Assembly (NCBI GenBank): GCA_053919585.1
Contig: CM132786.1
Origin: Euprymna scolopes
Taxonomy: Eukaryota
Length of the DNA stretch: 64,000 bases
Direction: 5' to 3' (one strand)
The notes below the pieces were generated by a model. It had not been told where the DNA came from and searched no databases. It was given only the letters and a program-made list of their open reading frames with translations. Below are positions 10,660 through 24,959 of the stretch, in pieces. The first letter of the stretch is position 1; each line of letters starts with the position of its first letter. A program made the translations under genes and the position numbers.

Positions 10660-12120
10660 TAAACCCAAATTAAGAACTTTTTGGTCGTTAACTTTTGTTT
10701 GAAATAATATTTCCGTCTGTCTGTCAGGCTAAAGTTTAAGATAGAATTTTCTTATTTTGTATCGTTTTAACACCTTTATTTTATTATTATAGATCAAATG
10801 AATCTGCTATTAGTACTGGTATCCCCGATACTATTTTATTTAATGTTCTTTCTATAAAAAACACAACAGAATAACATTGGGTACTTAAAGTAGAGGCCAC
10901 GTGGAGGTTTCCAACGTTCTGGGTGAACAAACTGGACTGGAACTTGGTACACCTAGAAAACAAATCCGTGTTGTTAACCATTTAGACACCATCGCCTACA
11001 ATTTTATTTTTCTTGGTCTGTCAAGGCTTATGTTTTAAAAAGATAATTTATCTGAAATGTTAAATTAAATATATGTCGGCCATTCACGCTTAGATTTTAA
11101 ATGAACTTTTCGTTGTTCTGTCAAGTATATGCTTGAAGTAGACTATATTATCCGCCAGAGCAAAGTTCGAAATAGGATGCTAATCCGTCACCTTTATTTG
11201 AAATTTTATTTTTGTTTGATTTTACCGTCAATGATCAAAATAAAATTTTCATTAAACTGCAACGTTTATATTCTAAACTAGCTGGGGTGCCCGGGTTTGC
11301 CTGGTTTGAATAGGTTGTAAAATATGCTTAAATATGATATTTTATTTGTCCAGATTTCGTATATATTATTATAAAGTCGTGATTTAAAAAGTAAAAAAAA
11401 ATATTTGGGTGCCATCAGCAAGAATCGAAACTGAAAGCAAACTGTAGCATTCAAAACTAGTGCCGTTACCAAACGTTGTACGCATATGACCTAATTAAAA
11501 ATAAACCAAGATAAATGTACAAATGCATAATGTTTTTTTCTATTTTGACCCCGTAAAAACTATTTTAACCGGTTAAAGACCCATAAAAAACGGTCAATTA
11601 AAAATTGAAATATTTAACGCTCTAAGCGCCACACTTTGACTTCTAGTTTCGATAGAGATAGATTTTGGAAATACGGAGACAGACAGACAAACAGATAGAC
11701 ATAGTGAGTTTTATAAATTAGAAAATGTTTATTTTTAATATTTCACGCTTAAGTACAAACTAGTGTGTCAAACAGTCAATCACGTTTAAGTTAAAATTTA
11801 ACTTTTGTTCATCTGTCATGCTTTAGTTTAAAATTAAATGTTCCTCACGTATATCAGGGTTATATTCAAATAGAATTTTCTGTTAATCTGTCACGTCAAA
11901 GTTCGAATTTGTATGTAAGTCTGCCTGTCAAATTAATATGAAATTTGATTTTTGGTAGTTTGTTAAGCTTAAGTTTGCAATGAAATATCTATTGGTCTGT
12001 CAGAATCAACTTTGCAATAGTATTTTGATCGGTTGTTTCGAGATAAATTTAAAAAAGTATTTTTGTCTTTCATGTCACAGTTTTTCAATTAAGCTTCTGT
12101 TTGAAATTGCTTTTTAAGTT
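10660..12120. repeat. Old, decayed ~37-bp minisatellite interrupted by later insertions
   Basis: A tctgtca...agtttaaa..a..tttt motif recurs at ~37-bp spacing (about 11812, 11851, 11888, 11925, 11961, 11996, 12034, 12072) and also near 10720, 11017 and 11118. Confidence 0.6.
11278..11722 (-). mobile_element. Non-autonomous Helitron
   Basis: Minus strand has a 5' tctaatttataaaa start with a (tgtc)n tract, and a 3' hairpin ccaggcaaacccgg followed by ..agCTAG|t. Confidence 0.7.
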
Positions 12121-14122
12121 CGAATTCATGGAGAATAGACACATTCGAATAGTATCGATTTGGGATTCTTTCTGAACTAATACACAAGAGAATATTGGTT
12201 GATTTTAGTCAATGCGATGTTTATACTGTTAATGCACATGAGTTCTGTCGTGATTATGTCAAACACACTTTGGCGATTTGAACCGGATTTTCGCTTTTGT
12301 GAATACAATGTTCCGTCTACATTTTGTATTTTTGCGTATGAATAAGTCTAATAGAAAAATAGAATAAAGTTTCAATAGTATATCCACTAATGTTGTATCC
12401 ATTGTGTGATTCGCTGTAAATATTCCAGGTTTTGTCTCTGTGATGACTCATCTATTTACCTATAACGTCAGGGTTTCTCGCTGAGGAATTTATATTAAAA
12501 GCCTTCCCTTGCTATTTAAAATGTAATATAATCATTCATGGATAAGCGAGCGACTACATAAAGGTTAATTAATATGTATATTCTTTTGAAAAATGAGCAT
12601 AAATTAATTACTTATTCATTTATTATGTTTTTTTATTAGACGGTGTGTTTTATTCCACTTACGATAAATTATATTTACACATAGTTTCCACATTCTGCTT
12701 CATTGCGTAAAATTTGAGATGAAAAATTTCTATCACATGGCCTGCAAGTGAAATATTAGAAAGTTTTTATTTTACCTAAAAAAATGAAAGCAATTTAGTG
12801 CTTTCGCTTTGTCCATTCACTTTGGTATTTGACGTAAAACGCGTGTTTTTAAAACGTTACTTGTATTAAACTTAATTAACAATATATTTTTATTTGTTCA
12901 ACCGATTAAATTAGATTCCAGTTATATCGTTTTGTTTCGCTATGATTCAAAGAGTTGCGTGTATGTTTTAGAAGTTTCAATAATACAAGTGATCCTGCTT
13001 AAAACTCTTTCGTTTTACTCTCCATTTCCACCCTCTTTCTTAATAAGCAGACTGAGAGAAACACAAGAGATGATTTGGAGCAGTGTGTATATTATGATGT
13101 GTATATACATTTAAATCTGATATTTATTAAAAATACATAATAAAGCAACCCTTACAAATGTTTCACCATATCTTGGCGGTAATTCATTACTGCAGCCTTA
13201 TAAACAGTTTCTCTCAAAATGCAATATTAATCGACGTAAGTAGAGGAATCGGTAAAGTCGTTCGGAAGTAATAATGTTTTACTACTTAGTCGAAAAGAAA
13301 CGAACCCATTTTATAAAACAAAAACATACATCTGAATATCCAGTCTCTAAGAATGAAGTTATCGATAAGCATCATCAATAAACGGATTGAATTTACATTG
13401 TATAGAGATAACACTAAAGAGAGTAATATAATTTCTATATATAAAGCTCAATGTATTTGTATATTTGTGTGATATTTGGATGTTCCCTATAGAAAGTTTA
13501 AAGAATCTAAAAGTGTGAAATCTACTGAGAAGAAAATGTTATGGTTCACATAATTCCAAATCTAAACAAAAGGGGGTTATAAAGGCATAACCGAATTAAT
13601 ACTTCAAATATATGTGGTTTTTTTTTAAATTAAATCGTATGTATACCATTTTCCGTAGAAGATAATAGAAGTTTTCCTAAATCTATACATGCGCACTAAC
13701 ATTAAAAAGCTATGTATTTTGAAGCTACTAATACATGTTTAATGAAATTCAGATCATATGCATAAAAATGTCCTGGGAAGACAATTGAAGTGTTTCCTAA
13801 TCTCCATGTTACCCTCTATATACTAAATATATACCTGTCCTCAAGCAGAAAGATTCCCCTCAAAATTACTAAATACATTTATATAAGACGTATAATTCAG
13901 AGAGTTTCTATGCGTTTAGGGTTCTTCCGAGGATATTTGAGGACAAAGCGGAAGGAACTAATAACAAAGCAAATAATATGGTGTTACAAGAATAGTAAAA
14001 AAAAGTATACCGTTTTTATTAGCATTCTATCTCGAGTGAGTTAATATATGATTATTTTTCTTATTATTAAACAAAGACATGGTATCAGAATTGATCATTA
14101 ATTTTTTTAATTATTTAAATAC

Positions 14123-15426
14123 TAGCGGAAATACCAACTAACGCCGACTATCTCATTCTTTTTTCTGTGAAAACGGATATTTTTTAAACTTTAAATCACA
14201 GCTAATTAATTCGAACGCAAAACAAACAAGTATTTAATGCGGTTTATAGTGATAATCGATATCTACTAGGAATAAATAAGAAAGTTATGTCAACACTTGT
14301 TTTGTGTAAGATATCGATCCCTGAATGACGACATAAAATATTGGAACTTAAGGCGAATTTTCTAGTGACACAGTCGTCTATCAAACAAAATAGATCAGCT
14401 TATTATCAACTACTTTAATTGTTTAATCGTTTTGCGTACAGATATTATATCAGCATAAATCTGAAATGGATTGTTTAAAATAAAAAAAATGAAACAAAGA
14501 AAAGTTCTATTTTTAATAAAAAATGAAATAAGAAATGATCTGACTAAAACGATCTTGACGTACATTTATATTAATTTAAAATATTTTTATTGCTTTACAT
14601 GTATGGTGTTCGGTCGACTTAGAAAGAGAACGCTAAAATCTCTGGGCATTTGTTTCTAATATAATTTTAATATTTTTTTTGAATAGTGAGAATTAATTAA
14701 GGGTCGATAACTGTGCAGCAGACTTAATGTGTTTTAATACGCGGTTAGCTCATAAATCAATCTGTGATATCGTGATACACGTACTTTAAACAACTTCCCT
14801 TATTATGGAAAGATCTACGACTTGCAAAAACGCATTACTATGTTTTAAGGCAAATATTACTTGAATTTACAAGGGAATATGCCCCCAAGCATATTAAAAG
14901 ACTAGAGGGAGGCGCCTGACCGTGGCCGCTCATAAAACACGCTTAAATCTTCATTCATGCAGATTTTGTATATATTAATACAGAGACAATTCTCTATCGA
15001 ACATTATATATGTATCTTACCGATTTCAAAAGTGCAAAACATAGCTCGGGTGATATGAGCTAGAATAAGCACTAAAATATCTATCATTCCAGCCGCTTGC
15101 CTACTGTTTCAACTATGCATATATAGATGAGAATTTTTTTTAATTAAACCCCCTCAAGCTATAAATAAATTTACTCATGGGCAAAAGTAATAGAAATCTG
15201 TTGACAAAATAAAATGAACATTTTGCCTTTCAACTTACCGACATATTTCCGTACGCGCTATTCGTCCATCCAAACAAAGTATTCACTAGTCATAAACCAT
15301 TCTTGGCGTATGATCATTATTACCTGTTAATTTGAATGTTATGTGACTTGTAGTAGAAGATGTTTTCGACTAAATACTTACAGACATACACACATACATA
15401 AATGTACTGTTTTATTTATATAAAGA
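14123..15426 (-). mobile_element. Probable non-autonomous Helitron or Helitron ends
   Basis: CTAG end near 14123; 5'-type end acagacatacacacatac..ttttatttatataaaga near 15426. Pairing of the two ends is uncertain. Confidence 0.4.
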
Positions 15427-17614
15427 GAACGCTGTGACAATCGAAGTCAAGCATTGTCATTATAAAGACAAATTCATATGGAAAATATTAGTACAGTAAT
15501 AAAACCTATTTACTAACGCGGACGATGCAAATATATGCTTTGCTATAATGTACTGTTATCTCATGATGAGTATTATTTATCATATCTAATTCTGTTTCTA
15601 TTGTTACATGTAGTCTGTATTAATAATATGAAGTCCCCAAGAATCGTCACAGTCGTTGTCATGATGTAATATATATAACTGTCTTCTCTCAGGATTATCA
15701 TCATCATCGTTATATATGTATCTCCATTATATGTCCCTGTTATATGTGTCTCTTCCGATATGAACCCATCATCTATCTTTCAATATGAGCCCCCTGCTAC
15801 ACAACGCTATGAAATCGTGTGATTAAAATCGGATTTTTCGCCAGCAAAATTGCCAGTAAATTGTGAAAAAATCATCAATTCTTTTCTTCAATCCTACCAG
15901 ATTTCATACAAATATTCTTCTTTCTTTTTCATTAGATGGGGTTTCGTAGATATCGATAATCATTGCCGACGATTTCCTTCCGCACACGAACCTTTCGTCA
16001 TGATCTTCTTTGCAATATAGTACCTATTGTAGTTTGCAATTACTTGCTATAGAGGCAGTGCTCATTGGTGGAAGCCTAAGTGGGTACTCGACCTTAATTA
16101 TAGTCATTGTATTATCGCCATAGAATGGTGCGCGTGCATTTTGATGCTTCTCAGCAAGACATGTAATGCTGACTAAGATTAACACTTACCACAGATTAAC
16201 ACCTTAAATTCTATCTCTAAAAGTATGTGAAAGATAATGCTTATACACACCATCTGTATCAGAGCGCAAACTAGCAGCTGTATGCAAATGCTGAGTCGTT
16301 TGCGAAGTGACGGGGAGGAAGAAAATAAAAAGATATAAAAATCTTGTGCGCAGGCCGAGAAGAATGGTCATGTCTCAGTGGACAGAAGTCAGAGAGTAGG
16401 GAAAGATCACCTTTTATTTAGTGAAACTACCCCGAAATAATTTTTGTTTCAACGAAAAAATTGAGTCAAGGTATTACTTGTTTTTTGTACCTTGCAACGT
16501 ATTCTGCTACAACGTGTTGGGTACCGATTGTCTACATGTTAACGCGTGTGTAAACGTGTGTACTACGTTATACAATCCCCAAACAATCTCACAATTAAAA
16601 CTGATCATGACATTCACAATTAGAGTAGGGGAAAGAAAAATGTGTAAGAATAATCGAAAATATTTCGTATCGTGCCTAGCTGTGATTATCAATGAACGAG
16701 ATGGATAAAACACTGTTGGATGTTCGCGGCTTGAACTTAGTGAGCAAGTCAGACATAGACTAAAGTTTGTTTTAAGCAAATATGTTGGCAAAGTTGACTG
16801 TGACATTTACTTGCGATTCTGTTGGTCGTTTTTTTCAGAGAGGGTCATCCCGTATGTTGCATGTACTTACACCAACAACCAGTATGTATTTATTTGTCTA
16901 ATTGATACAAATAGAACTAATTCTGATTTGGACACGGGACAAAATGATTAAAGATGTTGAAAGAAAGAAGAAAGGAATATTTCTTTATTTCGACATGTCA
17001 AAGTCAAACGAGTAACAGCGGAAGCCACGCCTGTTTGGATTAAGATAAGCATTTATGCGAGACGGAAACCAACAAACGAGTGGAATTTTTCACTTGATAA
17101 CATTGCACTCGTATATTTAAGATTCTATCATTTCATTAGCGTCGCTGTAACTCCCATATAAAATCCAAATGAACGAATTAAGTTTGAAAAGACGCATTCA
17201 TACATTGTGTAATCTTTTTAGTGGTAACAGGTGTTGTAGTAGTAATTACAGGAGTAATAGATGTAGTAATAGTAGTGGGAGTTTATTTTAATCGACCAAC
17301 AAAGAGATACGCCGTAATACAACAAGAGAGATATGTCAGTCGTTCTGATTGATAAGTACAAATATGAGGAACGTTCGAATAGAAAATAAATCACCATAAT
17401 AAAAAATAATGCAAATTAATACTTTTACGAATACAATACAATAGATTACATATCTATTACCAGTTCATTAAGTAAAGATAATACCTGCCACCCACAGTTA
17501 AATAATCACTGTTATATTAAGTAACGACTAAAGTTTTCAGTTCACCGAGTAAATAAAATATTTAAAACTTATTGGTCAGCCTCCTAAGATAGAATTACTA
17601 GTAAGTTAAGCGAA

Positions 17615-17780
17615 AGGTGACGCTGGTTAAGTGATTAACGACGTGAGTTGTCAGCTTTGATGCGCATAATTGAATCCAGTTCCACAGAAACATTTTCACT
17701 TCGGATGCTGAAAACCTCCACATATTTCTTCCTGAAGGTAACCGATATATTTTTAGAAAGGATTTTAACTAGAAAAATAT
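17615..17780 (+). mobile_element. Degenerate tRNA-derived SINE (same family as 40930-41110)
   Basis: ctggttaagtg and ttgaatcc boxes; shares tttca..cggatg and atat.tttagaaa..att.taactagaaa with 41000-41090. Confidence 0.5.
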
Positions 17781-17971
17781 AAAAAAAAACAGTTCCAACA
17801 ATGTAGCTTATACGAGATTAATGGATTAAATGAAAAAGAATCAGACTAAAAATTAAGGAATTATTCGAGACGAGAAGAAATATCGTTTTTATGTACTGAG
17901 GGGTCGAACTAGCGAGGAAAAAAGCATGACATAGAAAAAAAATAAAAAAGAAACGATGAATTAATGACTAA

Positions 17972-18066
17972 ATTAATTACTTAGATTTTATTTAACTTAA
18001 TTTTTAACTAAATTTTATTTAACTTAATTTTAACTAAAATTTTATTTGACTTAATTTTTAACTAAT
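17972..18066. repeat. AT-rich ~27-bp tandem repeat, about 3 copies
   Basis: attttatttaacttaatttttaactaa repeated. Confidence 0.8.
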
Positions 18067-18320
18067 ATTCGACTATCACGTGTATGTTACCAGTTTACTC
18101 AACATTGCGCTCTTATGGTTGATTAAATAACAAATATTAGTTCTAGTTAACGATATATATAAACTATTTCAATCTTATAAGTCAGTTTTTTAAAGATGCA
18201 ATAATCAGCGAGTTCAATAATCATAGGCTTTAAATTAAGAAAGGAATGGAAACGAATATAAAAATATATCAGTGATTCTTACGTAGAAGCACGGATCGAT
18301 AAAAAAAGGAGACTGATTAA

Positions 18321-19508
18321 TCTCTTTTCTATAAATAAAATGAACTCATTTTTCCCGTCCCAGTTTGACCTTAATAGGATTGAAAATCTAGAGATTTTAT
18401 GCAGATATACTGTACACAAACTGCATCGCGCTATCTGAGGTGTGCTATAGGCATATTACCTATCAACTACCTCGGTGATCGGAGCTTCCTATATTTTATC
18501 TGGTGAGAGTTCACTGCCAAAACCGGTTCCGATCGATGGAAGTAGTAAATTCTTCTCTCTCTAATAAATTCATACTTCCACCGCCACCCATTTACACCAT
18601 CCGTGACCGTTCACAGGAGACAATTACAGACGAACACCGGGTTAGGTTTCTATAAAAACTGGACTGCAATTTAGGTGAAACGCACCATGCTTACTTTTAC
18701 GTTGGTTCAAAATAAAAACAAAGCAAAAACAAAACAAGAAACTTTACATTTTCTTTCCTTAAAATAAAAATTATATTACTTCAATTCCGTTTTATTTCGC
18801 GTTCTACGCCATTTATAACATCGTTTCTTTTGATTTTTTTTGCATTTTATTTACGTGTTTTGTTTCCTTTTCTCTGTTTTTCGTTCCATTTTTCAAATTT
18901 ATTTCTTCTTTCTTTTCGTTTTTGTCTCTTTTTCGCCGAGTTTACCATCGTTTCTTTTTCTTTTTATTTATTTTATTCATTTATTTATTTTATTTTCCTC
19001 TGTTTCTGTTTCCACGATCTTTCCATTTTCTTTTGTTTTTTCTTCTCTCTTTCCTTTTTTCCTCTTCCTTCAGCAACTTTTACATCGTTTCTTTCTTTGT
19101 AAAATAGCCGGATATTTTTGCATTACAAAAACATAAAAATTTACAACGACTCTTTCTTTTTTCTTCTGTTTCTTTGCTCTTTGTTCGCTGACTTTCCAAT
19201 CTCTTTTTGTTTAAATAAACATATCATAAATCATTTCCGTTCCTTTGTTCGATGCCTTTCCCTCTATTTTCATCGTTATTTCATTTTTCTTTCCTTTTTA
19301 AGTATTTTCCTTAGAGGCGGCAAAGCAACCCATTTTTTCCATTCTTCTTCCCTTTTCTTTTCTTCGTTTTGGATTGGAAACGTCCGTCTCACGTTTGTAT
19401 ATAACAAAATATTTATTTGGTAGATTTCGCGGTGCTAAAATTGCGGTGATGGGGATTCTTTCATTACACCAAATCGAGCCACAGCAAAGCGTGCCATGTT
19501 ACAGCTAG
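18321..19508 (+). mobile_element. Non-autonomous Helitron with internal T/C-rich tract
   Basis: A|TC start (tctcttttctataaataaaatg); 3' end gccacagcaaagcgtgcc..acagCTAG|T, the typical hairpin plus CTAG, inserted in an AT dinucleotide. Confidence 0.75.
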
Positions 19509-19879
19509 TTAATGGATATTTTTGTTTTAATGTAGTAAAGTCGAATAATTTTCATCTTGCCTTAATTTTCAGCGAATTATAGAATATTTGCAAATGATAT
19601 GAGATAAATCTAAAAATTTGCACATAATAAAACACATAAAAATAAAAAAAATGAATATAGTTTACATATATATTATTTGGATGGCTTAGATCAATGTTCT
19701 TATCTTGAGTTTTATTTTCATAATTTCTTTAGGTATATTTTGTCGAAATCTGGAATTTTCTTGCCAAATTCGAGAATCTTTCTGGCAAATGTGGTAATCT
19801 TTCAATTATACTCAGGAATCTTTCTCTTGATATCTGGAATGCAAGAAATTTCGAACGGAGCCCCTTTTCTAATCCACGG

Positions 19880-20870
19880 AAGTAGATACTCTCGTTCTGT
19901 CAACCGTGACTAAGTTGAAGTCCTAAATAATTAGCAATCATATTTTAAGTATCGTCCATACTAAAGATTGAACCTTCAACTTCTAGAAGAGTGTAACGGT
20001 ACAACTGAATTTTACCAAGTACTTAATCCACTACGCAATCAGTCCTTCCTGAAGTCTATGTCCGCATATCGTGAACCGAAGCGCTTTCACTATTTTAACA
20101 TACTCGCATTTTTATTTTATGAAAATTATCATGAATACAATACTTACAAGTGTTCGTGGCAAACCTGACACTTGTTGAGAAAGAAGAGTAAGAAAACGCA
20201 TCATCTTGGTTTATAATTCCTTCATTCCCAACATTTAAAAGTGAATTATGGCTAATAACATTTTTGTCATATGATTTTAAGGAACTGCCTTGAGCTACCA
20301 ACATCGCCTCTAGATGGGGAGGTAAACTTAAGCATGCGATATTCACGGTGTAATTCAGAAGACACTTGACTCGCAGTTTGATGCTAGCCATCAGCTTGTA
20401 CTTGATGTTGCAGTACGGTTTATGTCTTTATCAATTATGCCCTACAAGTAATAGACTATGCGGTTGTAATCAAGTGAGTTAGGGGGCCAGATCTAGAGTC
20501 GTAAATGTTCTAAAACAACTATTTCTAGTTCTGTTGCCAAATATATGACACCCTTGTAGTCAATCCTACCATGCAGCGCTCAATAACAGTGAAAGTCAAC
20601 TCGGTGTAGCCATTTTAATTGAGTCTTAGTCATTTTCGATAGATGTGCAGAGACATCATGTGACATCCGCTTTGAACATATTACAAACCATCAAAGTTTG
20701 AAAGAATGTGGTCGACATGACGTCGTCCGAATTTTCGGTTACCAACTTTTGTTCTATGCAATGTGTAATTGGTCTTGGAGAATTACTTATTGCGAAGTTT
20801 CTTGGCGTTTTAGGCGTTTCCGTAGAGCTTTATTAGTAAGTAATTGACTTCACATTCACCGACTTTATGA
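19880..20870 (-). mobile_element. Degenerate RTE-like LINE fragment
   Basis: Traces of the GVRQGC-like motif (VQSGCH) and RTE-like downstream motifs (SIKLRVKCLL..LLNV) in order. Confidence 0.4.
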
Positions 20871-21181
20871 AAAACATTATTTGTATTTACGTTTCTTTTA
20901 CGTTTTGTTCCTTATTTTCAAAAGCACCGAAATGTTTATCATGTATATGCGTGAGTATTTTAACTCGCTGTCTACTTTTATTTCCAGTATTGAATGACAC
21001 AGCCGTTTCTTTCCGTCTAGTTCCTACAGTTTCATTGATTCTTTATTTAGTAATCGCTGTATTCATTAGATCGCCGTCCATCGTTTCATTAGTTTAGCTA
21101 AACAACTAAACATCGTTTTAGTGCAGAAAAAATACAGAAATGCTGAGAATTTCTAAAGTTTTATTTCGGAATAGAACTGAT

Positions 21182-21185
<4 letters not shown>

Positions 21186-21256
<71 letters not shown>
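21186..21256. repeat. (GA)n microsatellite
   Basis: Direct reading. Confidence 0.98.
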
Positions 21257-21258
<2 letters not shown>

Positions 21259-22149
21259 AACGTGCTATAAGTTAATAAATTAGATACTTGTAAACATAGG
21301 TGTCATGTAAACACAGATATTAAAGGTAAGATTTCCCAAACTTTAATTTCTACAACTACCTCATACGACGTTTCGTAAAAAGTCGCATTATTCAATGCCT
21401 ACGGTTCTCCTCTTACCGAGAGACTTATATCAAACTATAGTTTCCTTTTCAATCTGACAAAACGTGACGTCATTCGTCATCTTGATTCATACCTCTGTTT
21501 TGTCTGACAGCTGACCTCGGTTTTATGCTTTAACATTACATGTAATCCATCTGAAATTTAATTTCTGGTAAATGTTTGTGCTTTGCAATGATGGCATATA
21601 CTTAGGCCGACCCGCGTCAAAATACACACAGCTCACATAATCGCTGTTATAATACTCTTTCTCCATAATGTAAAAATCGGTTAATTTTGGATAAGTGTAA
21701 AATTGTTTGTAACTGACCCCAAACAACAGTCCTTTAGCGAGCCGTACCCAAAAGTCAGAAAATGATACTTGATGACGCATTGTTTTAACATTTTGATTTA
21801 TAATGGAAAAATTTAAAATAAACGGTGCCCCTCTACACACTGTTGTAATAGCTAATGACAATTAAGCTTTCGAGTTGCCCTTTACCATAGTCAATCATTT
21901 TAGGTTTAATATAATGAAGGTAATGATTAGGCTTATTCGAAGAACGCAGGTCAATTTATTATGTATTTTTCTATTGCGAGATTCGAGTGACTTAACGTGG
22001 TGTCTGTCTAGTTTATTATGCGTGTTAGATAATTGCATAATTTTGTGTGTAAAACTTACAGTGTACAGATAGCATGCGTGTTAAAAGTAAAATGTTAGTG
22101 TTACCTAACTTTTGGAATATTTATAAAATTACGTCTTTTTTTTCAAAAG

Positions 22150-23980
22150 AGAATCACTAATTAACCAGGTTTGATGACTTCTAGAGGATACGGTTGTTTC
22201 TCAGGCAAGTCACTTTTGGAATGTTTAAAAAGAACTTATCCTCTATAGTATTAGATCTTACTGAATCGTCGGTATAGAGCGCTTTATATCCTTTAAGAAA
22301 TTTCCATATTTCCATTGCTTTTAGCGAAATATATTTTCTGAAACTAAAGCCGCTACTAAGATTGCTAACACCAATGCAAAATGATAATAAAGAACGCATG
22401 CGAATCACATGCTTAGTTACACGGGTCGGACGTAGATGAGCAATTGTTCCGTTTCTACAAGTTTTTGCGAATAGCAAAATGACTTTTGAACAACGTCGTG
22501 TCCCAACAATCATCAATGCGCCTGAGGTAATTTCGTCAGAACCTGAAAAAGCCGCACTCTTTGCTTAGAACTTTGCGGCAAATTCCACCCATTGCGATTA
22601 GGGAAACAAATTTCTCCTACTTCCTCTCATGACAAAAACAAGCAGTTCGGCATCCATATATATGTGCGTGATATTGCCAAACTTAACAAAATCTTGATCC
22701 ACTAAAACAACTGTACCTGACATTTCAATTATAATACTAAAACATATTGAACCGGAAATATTCCATACTTATTAAGATATTTAAACGTTGTCCAGAGAAA
22801 AACTTCTTCTCAACACTTTACAAACGACGCCAGTCATCTGCTTCTCAGTACAAATCAATAAGTCTCTTGTGCGTCATGAGTAAGTTCTGAAATCTGTTAG
22901 AAATAAAGAAGTAAACAAGTACCTCAGCAAAGTAATGTACTCAGTGACATGGTTTGCTGTCATGCTCGATTTATAGCTGATGTGATTACTATGATATTGC
23001 ACATGATTAGCGAAAGCAATTGATCTTGATGTATCAAAAGCATAAAGGTTTACCTCACAAGATTTCCAGCTACGGTATAGCTGGAAATGTCCTCTCGATT
23101 ATTAAATATTTGCTCTAAGAGTAGTAGACAATGGGCAAAAAACTAGAAACTTATATCGTTAATGCTAGCGTTTTTCAGTTTTTCGTTCTCTGTCCAACTC
23201 TATACCTTATCTTCATCAATGATCTCACATATCGCAACAAAACTGCAATGACCGAAATTGTTCTGATTCTCTTTTTTCTGACTTTGCAACTAATAAAATG
23301 CTGACCAGTTAATTTTAATACATCTAAAGCCAGGCTTCCCTATTTCCACAAACAACACTTATATCAACACCTTGCCAAAATTGAAATGAACGGCGATTCT
23401 CCTGGGAAAGTACCATGCTTTTGCAAGTTTCTGACCTTCGCTCCTGATTTGAAAGAATGCATACATAAATAGGCTGGCGAGATCGCCGTTTCATGATGTA
23501 CCTCAATCTTGATGCAATTCTCTACTTGCATAAGAGATACACACATTTTATACCGGATTATGTTTGACACATCAAAGGTGGAGATATTCACATCACTCTT
23601 TCCTGCCTCGACAGGGTAAAAAATCGACCTCGAAACTTAGTGGGCAATGTTTTTTGTCTCCTTTATTTTTTCTCTCTGCTGTATAATACATTTTCATGGC
23701 AGGTGCTCGATTGACTTTTACTCTAATTACCCTCCCGTAAGTAATTCGTCCCAAACACCTTCCTACAACAACTACCAGAAATTCTTATTCTTTATCAATG
23801 CATGGTGGGTGCTCCGAACAACTTCACGTATGTGCCAACAGTCTGTCATTTTAGGACGGATTTGACTCTTGTACAGGTACAGTATTCTGTCGAGGGTGAA
23901 ATATCTTCTGGGGCTGTGGAATGATACAACCACTTTTCCAGCAATATTGGCAACAAATTTAATGTAAATTTTCTCTTTCA
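22150..23980 (+). mobile_element. Highly decayed CR1/Jockey-group LINE ORF2
   Basis: Colinear remnants: KAALFA.NFAANST, ALD.SKA-like, LYLIFINDL, CLDRVKNR, FHGRCS, and LWN..P.TF at the 3' end. Homologous to 35140-36640. Confidence 0.75.
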
Positions 23981-24959
23981 GGTCAAGAAAATTATTTCAT
24001 TCTGGTAACGTTTCGTTTTGCTAATTTGACGTAGTTTCCGTTTACAGACAAACAACGTATTTCCATTATAATATGGCGTATTTATATTTACTGATTTCTT
24101 GAAAGCTTTAAATGATTATTTTATCTGTTGTGTCTTTCCCTGAATTCGATAAATGAAGAGAATTGCTAGCCAGATGTTATCAAGAATGATAATCGGACAG
24201 TTGGACGCTGAAAGATAATCACCGTAAAACCCACCGTTTCTGTAGACGAAAGAAAACTGATCGTAATCAGCGTCTTCGAATTCAATTCCAAACCGATAAT
24301 TCCAAACAATATGGAGGAGTCACAAGAACAATATGTCTCATTCTAGGTTAATGATTCGCTATTTGATGTCAATATTTCTATCCTTGACGAATATCATATG
24401 TATTCAATAAAAAATCCTTGTTAATTTATTACCAATGTATTGTAGTATATCGATCATTGAGCAGAAACATGATATGAATCGAAATAATATGTGCTAATAT
24501 TCCAATCAATTTATAATATGGACAGCACTTTTGTATGTTTGTTTGCATGTCTCCCGTTATTTTAAATTTTTTTCAAGGGAGATAATACCACCAGAACTCC
24601 CAGCATCAAATATGCGCTGATGTTTAGAGTCAGTTTCTACACATTACTCTTAGAAAACTGGTCACGGAGCCATAAAAATGTATTTTATTTGTCTGCGTTT
24701 AGACATATAATGGATGTGAAAGAAAAAAATCTATAAATATAGTGCGTCACCCGGCGTTTAATGGAGCTGATTTTGTTGAGAACAGATACTACACTTTCAC
24801 CTTATACAAAAATTACAAGTTCATAATATGTTCATATGTTCATAGTATGTTCATTTGCTCATTGTATGTTCATATGCTCATTAAAATAAATAATTCACCC
24901 ATAAACTACGTATCCGATCATTTTGAATTTCGAAATGTAGCCGATAGATGTAAGGACTC

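Noticed and set aside
12130-12510. Penelope relic with HHR-like ctgagga
   Set aside because: The motif traces are too weak to support.
18830-19423. Phe-rich membrane-protein-like ORFs
   Set aside because: Low-complexity T/C tract inside a Helitron, open in several frames.
21300-22100. piggyBac/Kolobok-like relic (ORF 21523-21861)
   Set aside because: Only vague C-terminal resemblance; no matched TIRs or catalytic motifs.
24200-24280. HHR-like gacgctgaaaga..gacgaaa..cagcgtc
   Set aside because: The core is non-canonical and stems II and III cannot be drawn.
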